From Parcubacteria bacterium RAAC4_OD1_1 (GTDB taxonomy: Bacteria; Patescibacteriota; Minisyncoccia; Phycocordibacterales; UBA9973): a stretch of 64,000 bases of DNA. The stretch lies in the NCBI GenBank assembly GCA_000505065.1, contig AWSN01000001.1, forward strand, positions 403,647-467,646, given 5' to 3'. Made by a program: the position numbers and the translations under genes. This document shows positions 51,010 to 60,468 of the stretch, piece by piece (position 1 is the first letter of the stretch; every line of letters starts with the position of its first letter). The notes under the pieces were generated by a model, which was not told the DNA's origin, made no database searches, and saw nothing but the letters and a program-made list of their open reading frames with translations.

Positions 51010-52209
51010 ATGAAAAATAATAAAAAGAAAAATTACTGCCCAGATTGTGGTGGGGCACAAGTAAATCACAAAGCTATGTATTTATCTCTTCTCTTGGGAG
51101 AGATAATGGAACCATGGGTCAATTTAAGTTCAAAAATACTTCCAGAAAAATATCTAGAAAATATTGGCCTTATCTTAATAAAGATTCTCACTTTCCTAAA
51201 AATAGGAAAACTAGATGATACTCCAAAAGAAAAAGAAACAGGAAGAACTAAAGTCCTCTTTGAAGAAGCTAAAAGACGAGGAATAGATATGAGGGAATTT
51301 AGGCTTTTTGGTATGGGTGGTGACCTTTTTATTACTAAGTACAAAGGTAAGAAAAGATTCTTTGATGTTATGCCAAGACCAAAAGATTATAACCCGAAAG
51401 GGCTTGAGTGGATGGACAATAAAAATGAAATGAAAAAACATTTCAAAAAAGAAAATATTCCTGTCGCAAATGGAGATATTGTAAAAAATAAAAAGAAAGC
51501 CTTAAAGGTTTTTAAAACTTTAAATAATCCAGTTATAGTAAAGCCGAATTTAGGATCAAGAAGTCGCCACACAACAATACATATCAAAAATGAAAATGAT
51601 TTAATAGAAGCATACAAAAAAGCTAAGATGCTTTCACCTTGGGTTATGATAGAAGAAGAACTTGAAGGATATGTCTTTAGGGGAACTTTAATAGGTAAAA
51701 AATTTATAGCTTGTCTAAGACGTGAACCTGCTTATGTAATAGGTGATGGAGTTCATAATGTAAAAGAACTTATAGAAATAGAGAACAAAAACCCTTTAAG
51801 ACAAGGTCCAATATTTCACACTATTACCTTAAATGATGAAGTAACAAAAGAGCTTATTCACTGGGGAAAGAACCTCGAAACAATTCCAAACAAAGATGAG
51901 CTAATCCTTCTTGGACAAAAAACAAGTCGTGCTGTAGGTGGTGGAATAACAGATATGACAGATGTCATACACCCTGATAATATAATTATGCTTGAAAAAA
52001 TAGCTGAGGTGCTAGATGACCCACTCATTGGTGTAGATTTTATAATGAAAGATGTTTCAAAATCTTGGAAAGAAGAACCAAGATGTGGAGTTATAGAATG
52101 TAATTCTGCTCCATTTATAGATTTACATCACTACCCACTCATAGGAAACCCTCGTAATGTAGCAGGAAAACTTTGGGATATAATTTATCCAGAAAGTAAA
52201 ATCAATTAA
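51010..52209 (+). CDS. ATP-grasp ligase related to cyanophycin synthetase/GshF
   Basis: IVKP, RREPAYVIGDGVHNVKELI, GGITDMTDVIHP, GVD, IECNSAP; N-terminal CPDC. Confidence 0.82.
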   Translation: MKNNKKKNYCPDCGGAQVNHKAMYLSLLLGEIMEPWVNLSSKILPEKYLENIGLILIKILTFLKIGKLDDTPKEKETGRTKVLFEEAKRRGIDMREFRLFGMGGDLFITKYKGKKRFFDVMPRPKDYNPKGLEWMDNKNEMKKHFKKENIPVANGDIVKNKKKALKVFKTLNNPVIVKPNLGSRSRHTTIHIKNENDLIEAYKKAKMLSPWVMIEEELEGYVFRGTLIGKKFIACLRREPAYVIGDGVHNVKELIEIENKNPLRQGPIFHTITLNDEVTKELIHWGKNLETIPNKDELILLGQKTSRAVGGGITDMTDVIHPDNIIMLEKIAEVLDDPLIGVDFIMKDVSKSWKEEPRCGVIECNSAPFIDLHHYPLIGNPRNVAGKLWDIIYPESKIN

Positions 52210-52709
52210 CCATCCACTGTTATTTCTGATTCTGGAGCATATTTCATATCTTTTTTAAGATGTGAAATATTTTTCCTTTTAGAAAGAAAATCTCCTAAAA
52301 ATTTTTCAAAATCTTCATGTCTTTCTTCTTCTCCCATTTCCGCAAAATGTCCTACTGGTTTGTCTTCTGGTGTCCATTCATAATGTCCTCTTAATTCTCC
52401 ATCTTTAAAAACTCTTAAGTGCCACTGTTTCTGAAAATTTTCTAGTTTACGCCAAGAAAGTACTTGACCATTATCTTCCCATGCCACAAAATGATTCCCA
52501 AATCCCCATTTTTCATGCAAATGCTTCTCGAGATCTTCTAGAGTTTTACCTTTTGCAAGCCAGCCAATATGATATGGTTGCCTACCCTTCTCATGCCAAA
52601 CTAGATGCCACTTTAAAAAGTGTCTTTGCATCCAAGGAAATATAGGATATATATGTCTCCAAATATTTCTCTTAAATTTTTGTGAAAATGTAAGTTTTAC
52701 TTTTTTCAT
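52206..52709 (-). CDS. Hypothetical protein
   Basis: 167 aa, W/H-rich: QWHLRVFKDGELRGHYE.TPE. Confidence 0.7.
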   Translation of the reverse strand: MKKVKLTFSQKFKRNIWRHIYPIFPWMQRHFLKWHLVWHEKGRQPYHIGWLAKGKTLEDLEKHLHEKWGFGNHFVAWEDNGQVLSWRKLENFQKQWHLRVFKDGELRGHYEWTPEDKPVGHFAEMGEEERHEDFEKFLGDFLSKRKNISHLKKDMKYAPESEITVDG

Positions 52710-52710
52710 A

Positions 52711-52860
52711 TTATCTTTTTAATTTATCTATCGAGGTTCTTGTATTGGCTTCATTTTCTATACTAGAGCCAAGCTTTTCTGAAAATACCCTAAAAACAAA
52801 AATAAAAATAATTATAATTAATACAACGAGTATCCAATATTTATTGAAAGAAGATTTCAT
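52711..52860 (-). CDS. Small single-TM protein (49 aa, not in the ORF track)
   Basis: MKSSFNKYWILVVLIIIIFIFVFRVFSEKLGSSIENEANTRTSIDKLKR; ends 1 nt before the next start; -10 box upstream. Confidence 0.55.
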   Translation of the reverse strand: MKSSFNKYWILVVLIIIIFIFVFRVFSEKLGSSIENEANTRTSIDKLKR

Positions 52861-52956
52861 ACAATATTTATATCATTAAAATGACTAAAATTCAAACAAA
52901 TAAAAACAGCAGATCCTTTTGGGGTTATCTGCTGTTTCTTTTTTACCAATGACACA

Positions 52957-53451
52957 TTACATTGTGTATTGATTTTTTTTAGCATCCATACAAAGCGTAG
53001 TATGAGGCACTACACGTAACCGCTCTTTTGGAATCAGTCTGCCTGTCTCTCGACAAACACCATAAGTTTTGTTTTCAACACGTATAAGAGCCGCCTGCAG
53101 GTGTTGAATAAATTTAAGCTGACGTTGCGCCAGTTTACCGGCTTCTTCTTTCGAAAGTGTTGCAGCCCCCTCTTCAAGAACTTTAAAAGTTGGCGAAGTG
53201 TCCTGGACACCGTTACCGTCACTTTGAGTCAGAGAATTTTTATAAAAATAATAATCCTCTTGAGCAATTTTGAGCTTATCAAGAATCAACTCTTTGAATT
53301 CTTTCAACTCTTCATCCGTGTAACGGGTCTTTTCGTTTTCATTCTCAGGTTTTTGTCCCCTCTCAAGATTTCCAAGACCTAAAGTCCCAGGATTAACGTC
53401 CTCTAAATCCATCGTGCTTGGTCTTTCAACCAAATCAAATTTTTCTCCCAT
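52957..53451 (-). CDS. TraR/DksA family protein, Bacteroidota type
   Basis: RYTDEELKEFKELI, DTSPTFK..EEG..TLSKE, ALIRVENKTYGVCRETGRLIPKERL..VPHTTL. Confidence 0.88.
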   Translation of the reverse strand: MGEKFDLVERPSTMDLEDVNPGTLGLGNLERGQKPENENEKTRYTDEELKEFKELILDKLKIAQEDYYFYKNSLTQSDGNGVQDTSPTFKVLEEGAATLSKEEAGKLAQRQLKFIQHLQAALIRVENKTYGVCRETGRLIPKERLRVVPHTTLCMDAKKNQYTM

Positions 53452-53588
53452 GGTTAAGTTTTTTAAAATTTTTCCAGAAAATAAATATTTAACTCTTAAT
53501 TAACATATGTTACTTATATTATGCACATTTTTGGCATTTTGTCAAATTTAATTTTTAAAATAAAATAAAATTCTGATATAATAAATTT

Positions 53589-54386
53589 ATGTTCACATTA
53601 GAACTAATAATTTTGGGATTGCTTACTGGTATTATAACAGGGCTCACAGGGGCATCGGGGGTATTGGTTCTTGTTCCTATCCTCTCTACATTTTCAGATA
53701 TACCTTTACCAATCATATTAGGTACAAGTCTTTTTGTAGATGTTATCGCTTGTATCCCCGTCTCGTATGCTTATGCTAAAGCAAAGAATTTAGATGTAAA
53801 AAGTGTCGGATGGATCATAGCAGGAGCTCTTCTTGGTGCTCAAATAGGTTCATATTTTGTAGTTTCAGTTTCAAAATCTCTTATTATGGGTATTATTTCA
53901 ATAGGAATGATTTATTTCGGCATCAAAATGTGGCAAAGTGGCTTTTCTAAAGAAAAAGAGTTATCTATAAGAATTCCAGAAAGATTATCTTTTTATATGA
54001 AAACCCAAGTTGGGATGATCTTAAGTGGTTTATTGATAGGACTTACCACAGGAATCTTTGGTGCAGGAGGTGGACTCACTGTTTTCATTATACTTTTCTC
54101 TTTCTTAAATTTCCCTCTCAAAAAAGCAATCGGGACTTCAAGTTTTGTGATGCTTATCACCGCACTATCTGGAGTTTTAGGTTATTTTGGAAATGACAAT
54201 CTTCATTTTTCATATGGAATAATACTTGGTATTTCTGCTTTTATAGGTGGAGCACTTTCTTCTACTATTGCAAATAAAATGCCAGAAAAAAGACTTTCTA
54301 GGTTTATAGGAGTATTCTTTGTATCATTAGCAATTATAGTAATTTTTCTAAAAGTTATTATCCCTGTATTTAAAATAGAAATGTAA
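53589..54386 (+). CDS. TauE/SafE family membrane transporter
   Basis: Duplicated GLTGASG / GIFGAGGG and GTSL / GTSS motifs; about 8 TM. Confidence 0.88.
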   Translation: MFTLELIILGLLTGIITGLTGASGVLVLVPILSTFSDIPLPIILGTSLFVDVIACIPVSYAYAKAKNLDVKSVGWIIAGALLGAQIGSYFVVSVSKSLIMGIISIGMIYFGIKMWQSGFSKEKELSIRIPERLSFYMKTQVGMILSGLLIGLTTGIFGAGGGLTVFIILFSFLNFPLKKAIGTSSFVMLITALSGVLGYFGNDNLHFSYGIILGISAFIGGALSSTIANKMPEKRLSRFIGVFFVSLAIIVIFLKVIIPVFKIEM

Positions 54387-54415
54387 GTTTTGACATCGGG
54401 TTTGTTATTTTATTG

Positions 54416-54502
54416 CGGAGCCGGCTGGATTCGAACCAGCGAGGGGTTTTATCCCCTGCCTCTTTAGCAAAGAGGTACGTTAGACCACTCTGACACGGCT
54501 CC
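54416..54502 (-). tRNA. tRNA-Ser(GCT)
   Basis: GGAGCCG acceptor, CCTCT-TTGCTAA-AGAGG, long variable arm, G73. Confidence 0.93.
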
Positions 54503-54572
54503 ATATGGATATACGCTATCATATTTTATAAATTAAATAAATATGATAAGATGAAAAAGTTAAATTAGTATT

Positions 54573-54659
54573 GGATGGGTGGCCGAGAGGTTTAAGGCAG
54601 CGGTTTACTAAACCGCCGTTCTGTAAAAAGAACCGTGGGTTCGAATCCCACCCCATCCG
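54573..54659 (+). tRNA. tRNA-Ser(ACT), rare A34 anticodon
   Basis: GGATGGG/CCCATCC-G, GCGGT-TTACTAA-ACCGC, variable arm GTTCT..AGAAC, GGGTTCGAATCCC. Confidence 0.9.
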
Positions 54660-54700
54660 CAAAATTATTTTAATTTTAATTTTTAAGGTATAATATCATA

Positions 54701-55444
54701 ATGGAAGAAGAAATTAAAAAATTAAAAGAAGAGTGTGAAAAATTAAAACAAACAAATGAAGTGAAATCAGATCTTATATCTATTTCTGCTCATCAACTTC
54801 GCACATCACTTTCTGCTCTTAAATGGATACTCAAAATGTTCTTGGATGAAGATTTGGGGAAACTCACCAGCGAACAAAATAGTTTCATTAGAAAAGCATA
54901 CAATAGTAATGAAAGAATGAATGCTCTTGTAAATGATCTTCTTACATTAAGTCATGCTGAAGATACAAGTATGTCTTATAAATTTGAAAAAATAGATCTT
55001 TTGTATCTTATTGAACAGACCGTATTTGATTTTTCAGGAGAAACAAATAAAAAAAATATTGAGCTTATGTTTCTAAAACCAGATTCTCCAATCTTGCCAA
55101 TAAACTGTGACAAAGAAATGATAATAGTAGTAATACAAAATCTTATAGAAAATGCAATTAAATATAGCAACGAGGGTGGAAAAGTTTTTATTTCTTTAAA
55201 ACAAGAAGAAAATAATTTGATAGTATCTGTAAGAGATACGGGAATAGGTATAAAAGAAGAAGATAAAGAAAATATATTCAAAAAGTTTTATCGTGCTCCA
55301 AATGCAATTGAAAAAGAAATAATAGGTTCTGGTCTTGGACTTTTTGCAACTAAAAATATAGTTGAGCGACATAAAGGAAAAATATGGTTTGACAGTACAG
55401 AAGGTAAGGGGGCAACATTCTTTGTATCATTGCCTATAAATTAA
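54701..55444 (+). CDS. Soluble histidine kinase (HisKA plus HATPase, no sensor domain)
   Basis: AHQLRT, NLIENAIKY, DTGIG, GSGLGL. Confidence 0.9.
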   Translation: MEEEIKKLKEECEKLKQTNEVKSDLISISAHQLRTSLSALKWILKMFLDEDLGKLTSEQNSFIRKAYNSNERMNALVNDLLTLSHAEDTSMSYKFEKIDLLYLIEQTVFDFSGETNKKNIELMFLKPDSPILPINCDKEMIIVVIQNLIENAIKYSNEGGKVFISLKQEENNLIVSVRDTGIGIKEEDKENIFKKFYRAPNAIEKEIIGSGLGLFATKNIVERHKGKIWFDSTEGKGATFFVSLPIN

Positions 55445-55468
55445 TATCTATGATATAATATAAATGTT

Positions 55469-55837
55469 ATGAAAAGAGTACTAATAATTGAAGATGATAG
55501 TTTTCTCCAAAGCCTTGAAGTAAACAAACTAAAAAAAGAAGGTTATGATGTTTTGACTGCTTCTACTGGCAAAGAAGGTCTTCAAAAAATAAATGAACCA
55601 GGGATAGACATTATTCTCCTTGATCTCGTACTTCCAAATTTCGATGGATTTGAAATACTTGAAAAAATAAGAGCGACAGAGGCTCTAAAGAAAACACCAG
55701 TGATTGTATTTTCTAATCTTTCAGAAGAAAAAGATATTAAAAGATCAGAGGAATTAGGAGCAACAGATTTTATGGTCAAATCAAACTTCACATTAGACGA
55801 ACTTGTAGAACATCTAAACAAAATACTTGGACTATAA
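55469..55837 (+). CDS. Single-domain response regulator
   Basis: LIIEDD, LDLVLP, GATDFMVK. Confidence 0.9.
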   Translation: MKRVLIIEDDSFLQSLEVNKLKKEGYDVLTASTGKEGLQKINEPGIDIILLDLVLPNFDGFEILEKIRATEALKKTPVIVFSNLSEEKDIKRSEELGATDFMVKSNFTLDELVEHLNKILGL

Positions 55838-55890
55838 AACCCATCCGAATCATATCGGAGGGTTTTTTCTTTTTATGATATAATCTCTTT

Positions 55891-58155
55891 GTGAAACTAG
55901 AAGATAAAATAGAAAATCATTTTAGATTAGACCAAGACCAAAAAAAAGCACTCAATAAACTAAGACTAATAACAGTCAAAGATTTGTTATTCCACTTCCC
56001 CAACAGATATAATTATATAAGTGATATTAAATACATAAACACTCTATCTAGCGGTGAGCAAGTCACAATACTAGGTACAATATCAAACCTTCAAACAAAA
56101 AAAGGATTCAAAAGTAAAATTCCAATGGGTCAAGCTACACTTTCTGATATCACAGGAAAGATAAATATAATTTGGTTTCATCAACCATATTTAGCAAAAA
56201 TGATAAAAGAAGGATCAACAGTAAAAGTCAGTGGCAAAATAACAAATAGTGATAAATACGGACTTACTCTTATGAATCCAGAAATAGATAAGGATAGTAT
56301 TCTACCTATTGATTTACATGATTCACTTTTCTCAAAAGAGAATAAAAAGGAGGAAGAATTGGGTTTTCCTATTTATCCTGAAACAAAGGGGATAACTTCC
56401 AAATGGATTTATCATACAATCAAAAAAATAATAAAAGATGAAGAAATAAAAAATATAAAAGAATACCTCCCCCTTTATATTATAAATTCATACAAGCTTC
56501 CATCGTTACACACTGCGCTTATTTGGATACATACTCCAAAGAAAAAAGAACATGCAGAAATTGCTCGAAAAAGATTTGCTTTTGAAGAAGTTTTTTTCAT
56601 CCAGCTTGCTCGTCAAAAAGAAAAAAAAGAATATAACAAAATGTTTTCTTATAAATTAAAAATTGAAAAAGAAGACATTAAAGATTTCATAGATAGATTC
56701 CCCTTCTCTCCTACAAATTCACAAACAAAAGCCATAAATACAATTTTAGAAGATTTAAAAAAAGATAAACCAATGGGGAGACTTCTGGAAGGTGATGTCG
56801 GGAGTGGTAAGACTTTTGTCGCTGCGACAATCACTTATGCGGTTATAAAAAACAGACCAATGGGCCAATCTTTTGGCAATCTCCAAGTCGCATATATGGC
56901 TCCGACCGAAGTACTTGCTGTCCAACTTTATGAAAATTTTATAAAATATTTTGAACACACAGGTATATCTATAGGACTTATCACTTCATCAGGTTGTCGT
57001 AAATTCCCAAGCAAAACAGCCGGATGGAAAAATGGTGAACAAATTAAAACTTGGACTAATATATCTAAAAATCAACTTTTGAAATGGATAAAAAATGGGG
57101 AGATTCCAATAGTAATAGGTACACATTCGCTTATATCAAAATCTGTAGAATTTGAAGACTTAGGGCTTGTCATAATAGATGAACAACATCGCTTTGGTAC
57201 AAATCAAAGAATGAAACTTGCGAAAAAAGAAGGTCATGCTCCACACTATCTTTCTATGTCTGCCACCCCAATACCTAGAACGCTCGCACTCACTATCTAT
57301 GGGGATTTGGATTTATCTATAATGGATGAAATGCCAAAAGGAAGAAAATCTGTCATTACAGAAATAATACCCGAAAACAAAAGATCTATTGCTTATGAAA
57401 ATATTAGGAAAGAATTAGAAGCTGGTAGGCAGGTTTATGTTATTTGTCCAAAAATAGAAGAGACGGAGATCGGAGATAATACTATCGAGGGGCTTGTGAG
57501 CTCGACGGAGCGAACACTGAGTAAATTTTCAGCAGAAAATTTGCGTGCCCGAGAGAGTATTATCTCCGATCTCAAAACAGTAACATCTGAAGCCAAAAGA
57601 CTTAAAAAAGATATTTTCCAAACTTACAATATCGACATAATGCACAGCAAAATGAGCAGTCAAAAGAAAGAAAAAGTAATGAAAGATTTTGAAGATAAAA
57701 AGATAGATATCCTTGTTTCAACTTCTGTAATTGAAGTCGGTGTAAATATCCCAAATGCAACAATAATAGTCATAGAAGGTGCTGAACGTTTCGGTCTTGC
57801 TCAATTACACCAACTAAGAGGACGTGTAATGCGCTCAACACACCAATCATATTGTTATTTATTTGCTGATGCAAAAACTGACAAAACAATAGATAGACTA
57901 AAAGCCCTAACAAAAGCCTCTAATGGATTCGAACTTGCCGAGCTTGATTTGTCACTTCGTGGAGCAGGACTTTTGGGTGGAGATAAACAATGGGGCATTA
58001 CAGATCTTGGTATGGAAGCCCTTAAAAATATCAAAATGGTAGAAGCAGCTAGAAGTGAAGCAATAAAAATAATAGAAAGTGATAACGAGCTCTCTTCCTA
58101 CTCCACCCTATCCGAAACCCTAAAACAAAAAAATCTCAAATTGCACTTTGAATAA
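55891..58155 (+). CDS. recG: ATP-dependent DNA helicase RecG
   Basis: GDVGSGKT, DEQHRFG, SATPIPRTL, QLRGRV, DLSLRGAG. Confidence 0.96.
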   Translation: MKLEDKIENHFRLDQDQKKALNKLRLITVKDLLFHFPNRYNYISDIKYINTLSSGEQVTILGTISNLQTKKGFKSKIPMGQATLSDITGKINIIWFHQPYLAKMIKEGSTVKVSGKITNSDKYGLTLMNPEIDKDSILPIDLHDSLFSKENKKEEELGFPIYPETKGITSKWIYHTIKKIIKDEEIKNIKEYLPLYIINSYKLPSLHTALIWIHTPKKKEHAEIARKRFAFEEVFFIQLARQKEKKEYNKMFSYKLKIEKEDIKDFIDRFPFSPTNSQTKAINTILEDLKKDKPMGRLLEGDVGSGKTFVAATITYAVIKNRPMGQSFGNLQVAYMAPTEVLAVQLYENFIKYFEHTGISIGLITSSGCRKFPSKTAGWKNGEQIKTWTNISKNQLLKWIKNGEIPIVIGTHSLISKSVEFEDLGLVIIDEQHRFGTNQRMKLAKKEGHAPHYLSMSATPIPRTLALTIYGDLDLSIMDEMPKGRKSVITEIIPENKRSIAYENIRKELEAGRQVYVICPKIEETEIGDNTIEGLVSSTERTLSKFSAENLRARESIISDLKTVTSEAKRLKKDIFQTYNIDIMHSKMSSQKKEKVMKDFEDKKIDILVSTSVIEVGVNIPNATIIVIEGAERFGLAQLHQLRGRVMRSTHQSYCYLFADAKTDKTIDRLKALTKASNGFELAELDLSLRGAGLLGGDKQWGITDLGMEALKNIKMVEAARSEAIKIIESDNELSSYSTLSETLKQKNLKLHFE
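57466..57573. mobile_element. 108 bp MITE-like palindromic element inserted in frame in recG
   Basis: 18 bp perfect terminal IRs gagatcggagataatact / agtattatctccgatctc; internal hairpin aaattttc-agca-gaaaattt; GC-rich; length is 36 codons. Confidence 0.85.
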
Positions 58156-58165
58156 AAATATCTTG

Positions 58166-58239
58166 TCCGTCCTCTAGGATTCGAACCTAGGACCCCAGAG
58201 GTATAAGCTCTGTGCTCTAACCAACTGAGCTAAGGACGG
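58166..58239 (-). tRNA. tRNA-Ile(TAT)
   Basis: CCGTCCT/AGGACGG-A, CAGAG-CTTATAC-CTCTG, GGTTCGAATCC. Confidence 0.9.
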
Positions 58240-58288
58240 AAATTGGTTAAAATATAAATATAAACAAATAATTTTATATACTTTTCGC

Positions 58289-58336
58289 CTAACCAAAACA
58301 GCTAAGGATATAAACTTGGTTAAAATATAAATACAA
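58289..58336 (-). repeat. Degenerate tandem copy of the tRNA-Ile 5' end and upstream flank
   Basis: ctaaccaa..agctaagga...ttggttaaaatataaata matches 58217-58263. Confidence 0.75.
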
Positions 58337-58369
58337 GTAATATATTACATAAAAATTGGATAATAAGCA

Positions 58370-58408
58370 ACCACCCCAGATAGTGCCTTAAGCACTATCT
58401 GGGGTGGT
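58370..58408. terminator. 17 bp perfect hairpin downstream of ftsH
   Basis: accaccccagatagtgc-cttaa-gcactatctggggtggt. Confidence 0.65.
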
Positions 58409-58427
58409 ATTTTATTTTTTATTTTAT

Positions 58428-60335
58428 CTACTTACTACTTTCTACTTCCTTTTCTTTAGGTAAAATACCATTTGCAATTATTATTTGATTGTATTCTTCT
58501 TGTTCAAGTGTTTCTACTTCTATAAGCTTTTTAGCAATAGCGTCTAAAACTGTTTTCTTGTCTTTCAAAATTTCTCGAGCTTTAGAGAAAGCTTCATTCA
58601 TAATTTTAGAAACTTCTTTATCTATTGTCTCGCTAGTTTTTTCTCCATACTCTTTATCTTCTACCCCTCTGCCAAACATAGTGCGCCCTCCATCACTCTC
58701 AAGAGCTACAGGCCCTATCTCATCTGACATTCCCCAGCGTGTCACCATTGCTCGAGCAAGATTTGTCGCAACTTGAAGATCATTTGATGGCCCTGTGGTA
58801 ATATCTCCAAAAATCATTTCTTCGGCCACATATCCACCAAGCGACATAGCAATGTCATCTAAAAATTCTTTTTTACTTTGAAGCCTTCTCTCTTCTAAAG
58901 GAAGTTTAAGAGTATAACCACCTGCATGACCTCGAGAAACTATAGAGACCTTATGTACTGGATCTGCATAAGGAAGCACTGAAGCAACAAGTGCATGCCC
59001 TGCTTCATGATAAGCTGTAATTTCTTTTTCTTTTTTAGACAGAAGATGACTCTTTCTCTCTGGCCCCATCATTACTTTTTCAATAGAGCGAATAAGATCG
59101 AATTGGGCAACTTTTTTTCTATCTTCTCTGGCAGCAAGTATCGCTCCTTCGTTCATAAGTGAATAAAGGTCTGCACCAGAAAACCCTGGAGTTCTCTCTG
59201 CTACAACTTTCAAATTTACATCTTCTGCAAAAGGCTTTTTTCTGGAATGAATTTCAAGAATTTCAAGTCTGTCAGCTCTATCTGGTAATTCAAGTATTAC
59301 TCGTCGATCAAAACGCCCTGGACGAAGGAGTGCTGGATCAAGCACGTCTGAACGATTTGTCGCTGCCATCACTATCACTTTTTCGTTTGGTTCAAAACCA
59401 TCCATTTCTACAAGTATCTGATTCAAAGTCTGCTCTCTTTCATCATTTCCTCCTCCAACTCCAGTACCACGCACTCTTCCTACTGCATCTATCTCATCTA
59501 TAAAAACGATTGCTGGGGCTGCACGTTTGGCCATTTTAAATAAATCTCGGACTCGAGACGCTCCTACTCCTACAAACATCTCAACAAATTCAGATCCAGA
59601 CAAATGGAAGAACGGCACAGCCGCCTCTCCTGCAACGGCTCTTGCAAGTAAAGTTTTACCTGTACCTGGGGCTCCGGTTAGAAGTACTCCTTTTGGAATT
59701 CTCGCTCCTATGTCTAGAAACTTTTTTGGATTCTTTAAAAAATCAACTATTTCTTTGAGTTCTTCTTTGGCTTCTTTTGCTCCTGCGACATCTTTAAATG
59801 TCACTTTATTATTCTTGTCATTTGGGTCTGTAATTCTGGCTTTTGATTGACCGAAAGTAAAAGCTTGCATACCTTGGCCCTTCACTTGGCGAGTAAGCAT
59901 CCAAATAAAAAATACTATAAGTAATACTGGGAGAAGAAAAGGTAAAATATTTAAAATCCAATATCCAAATCCTGATTCATTTTTTATCTCGATGGGAGTA
60001 TTTGCAAGTTCTTCTGGTGTTACTCCATAATTATACAAAGTCTCTGAAAGTGAACTTTCAGCTTCTTTTTGAGCTTTACCTTTTGTCTCATCTTTAAAAG
60101 TTAAATCCACCTTACTACCAACAACTTCTATTTTCCCAATACTTTGATCTTTTATACCTTTTGCAACATCTGAAATAGTTAATTCTTTTATATCTTCTGG
60201 AGCTTTATAGACTAATGTATAAACAAGAGTAATACTTATAAAAATAAACATTGCCACAATTATTTGATTCATTAAATTGGGGACTTTCTTTTGATTATTC
60301 GGTTTTTTACCTAAATTTTGATTTTTCATTTGCAT
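58428..60335 (-). CDS. ftsH: ATP-dependent zinc metalloprotease FtsH
   Basis: 2 [29 protein letters not shown]. Confidence 0.97.
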   Translation of the reverse strand: MQMKNQNLGKKPNNQKKVPNLMNQIIVAMFIFISITLVYTLVYKAPEDIKELTISDVAKGIKDQSIGKIEVVGSKVDLTFKDETKGKAQKEAESSLSETLYNYGVTPEELANTPIEIKNESGFGYWILNILPFLLPVLLIVFFIWMLTRQVKGQGMQAFTFGQSKARITDPNDKNNKVTFKDVAGAKEAKEELKEIVDFLKNPKKFLDIGARIPKGVLLTGAPGTGKTLLARAVAGEAAVPFFHLSGSEFVEMFVGVGASRVRDLFKMAKRAAPAIVFIDEIDAVGRVRGTGVGGGNDEREQTLNQILVEMDGFEPNEKVIVMAATNRSDVLDPALLRPGRFDRRVILELPDRADRLEILEIHSRKKPFAEDVNLKVVAERTPGFSGADLYSLMNEGAILAAREDRKKVAQFDLIRSIEKVMMGPERKSHLLSKKEKEITAYHEAGHALVASVLPYADPVHKVSIVSRGHAGGYTLKLPLEERRLQSKKEFLDDIAMSLGGYVAEEMIFGDITTGPSNDLQVATNLARAMVTRWGMSDEIGPVALESDGGRTMFGRGVEDKEYGEKTSETIDKEVSKIMNEAFSKAREILKDKKTVLDAIAKKLIEVETLEQEEYNQIIIANGILPKEKEVESSK

Positions 60336-60349
60336 AGTTTAAATATTAT

Positions 60350-60377
60350 ACCTTGTAGTGAATTTTTATCAAAATTT
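60350..60377. repeat. ACCCTGTAGTG element, copy 3 (partial)
   Basis: accttgtagtgaatttttatcaaaattt abutting the TATAAT of ftsH. Confidence 0.55.
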
Positions 60378-60468
60378 AGATTTATAAAATATATTTGATA
60401 AAAATTAGACAAAAAAAATAGAGCCTGACATATAAATCTGTCAGGCTCCCCGGTAAACCGGTAACTTT

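Noticed and set aside
54573-54659. AGA/AGG reassignment to Ser suggested by tRNA-Ser(ACU)
   Set aside because: Conserved arginines, such as the ThyA DRRM motif (gat aga agg atg), use AGA/AGG, so the code appears standard.
57466-57573. recG insert as an intein or group I/II intron
   Set aside because: Too short, no Cys/Ser start or His-Asn end, no intron core; terminal inverted repeats fit a MITE-like element better.
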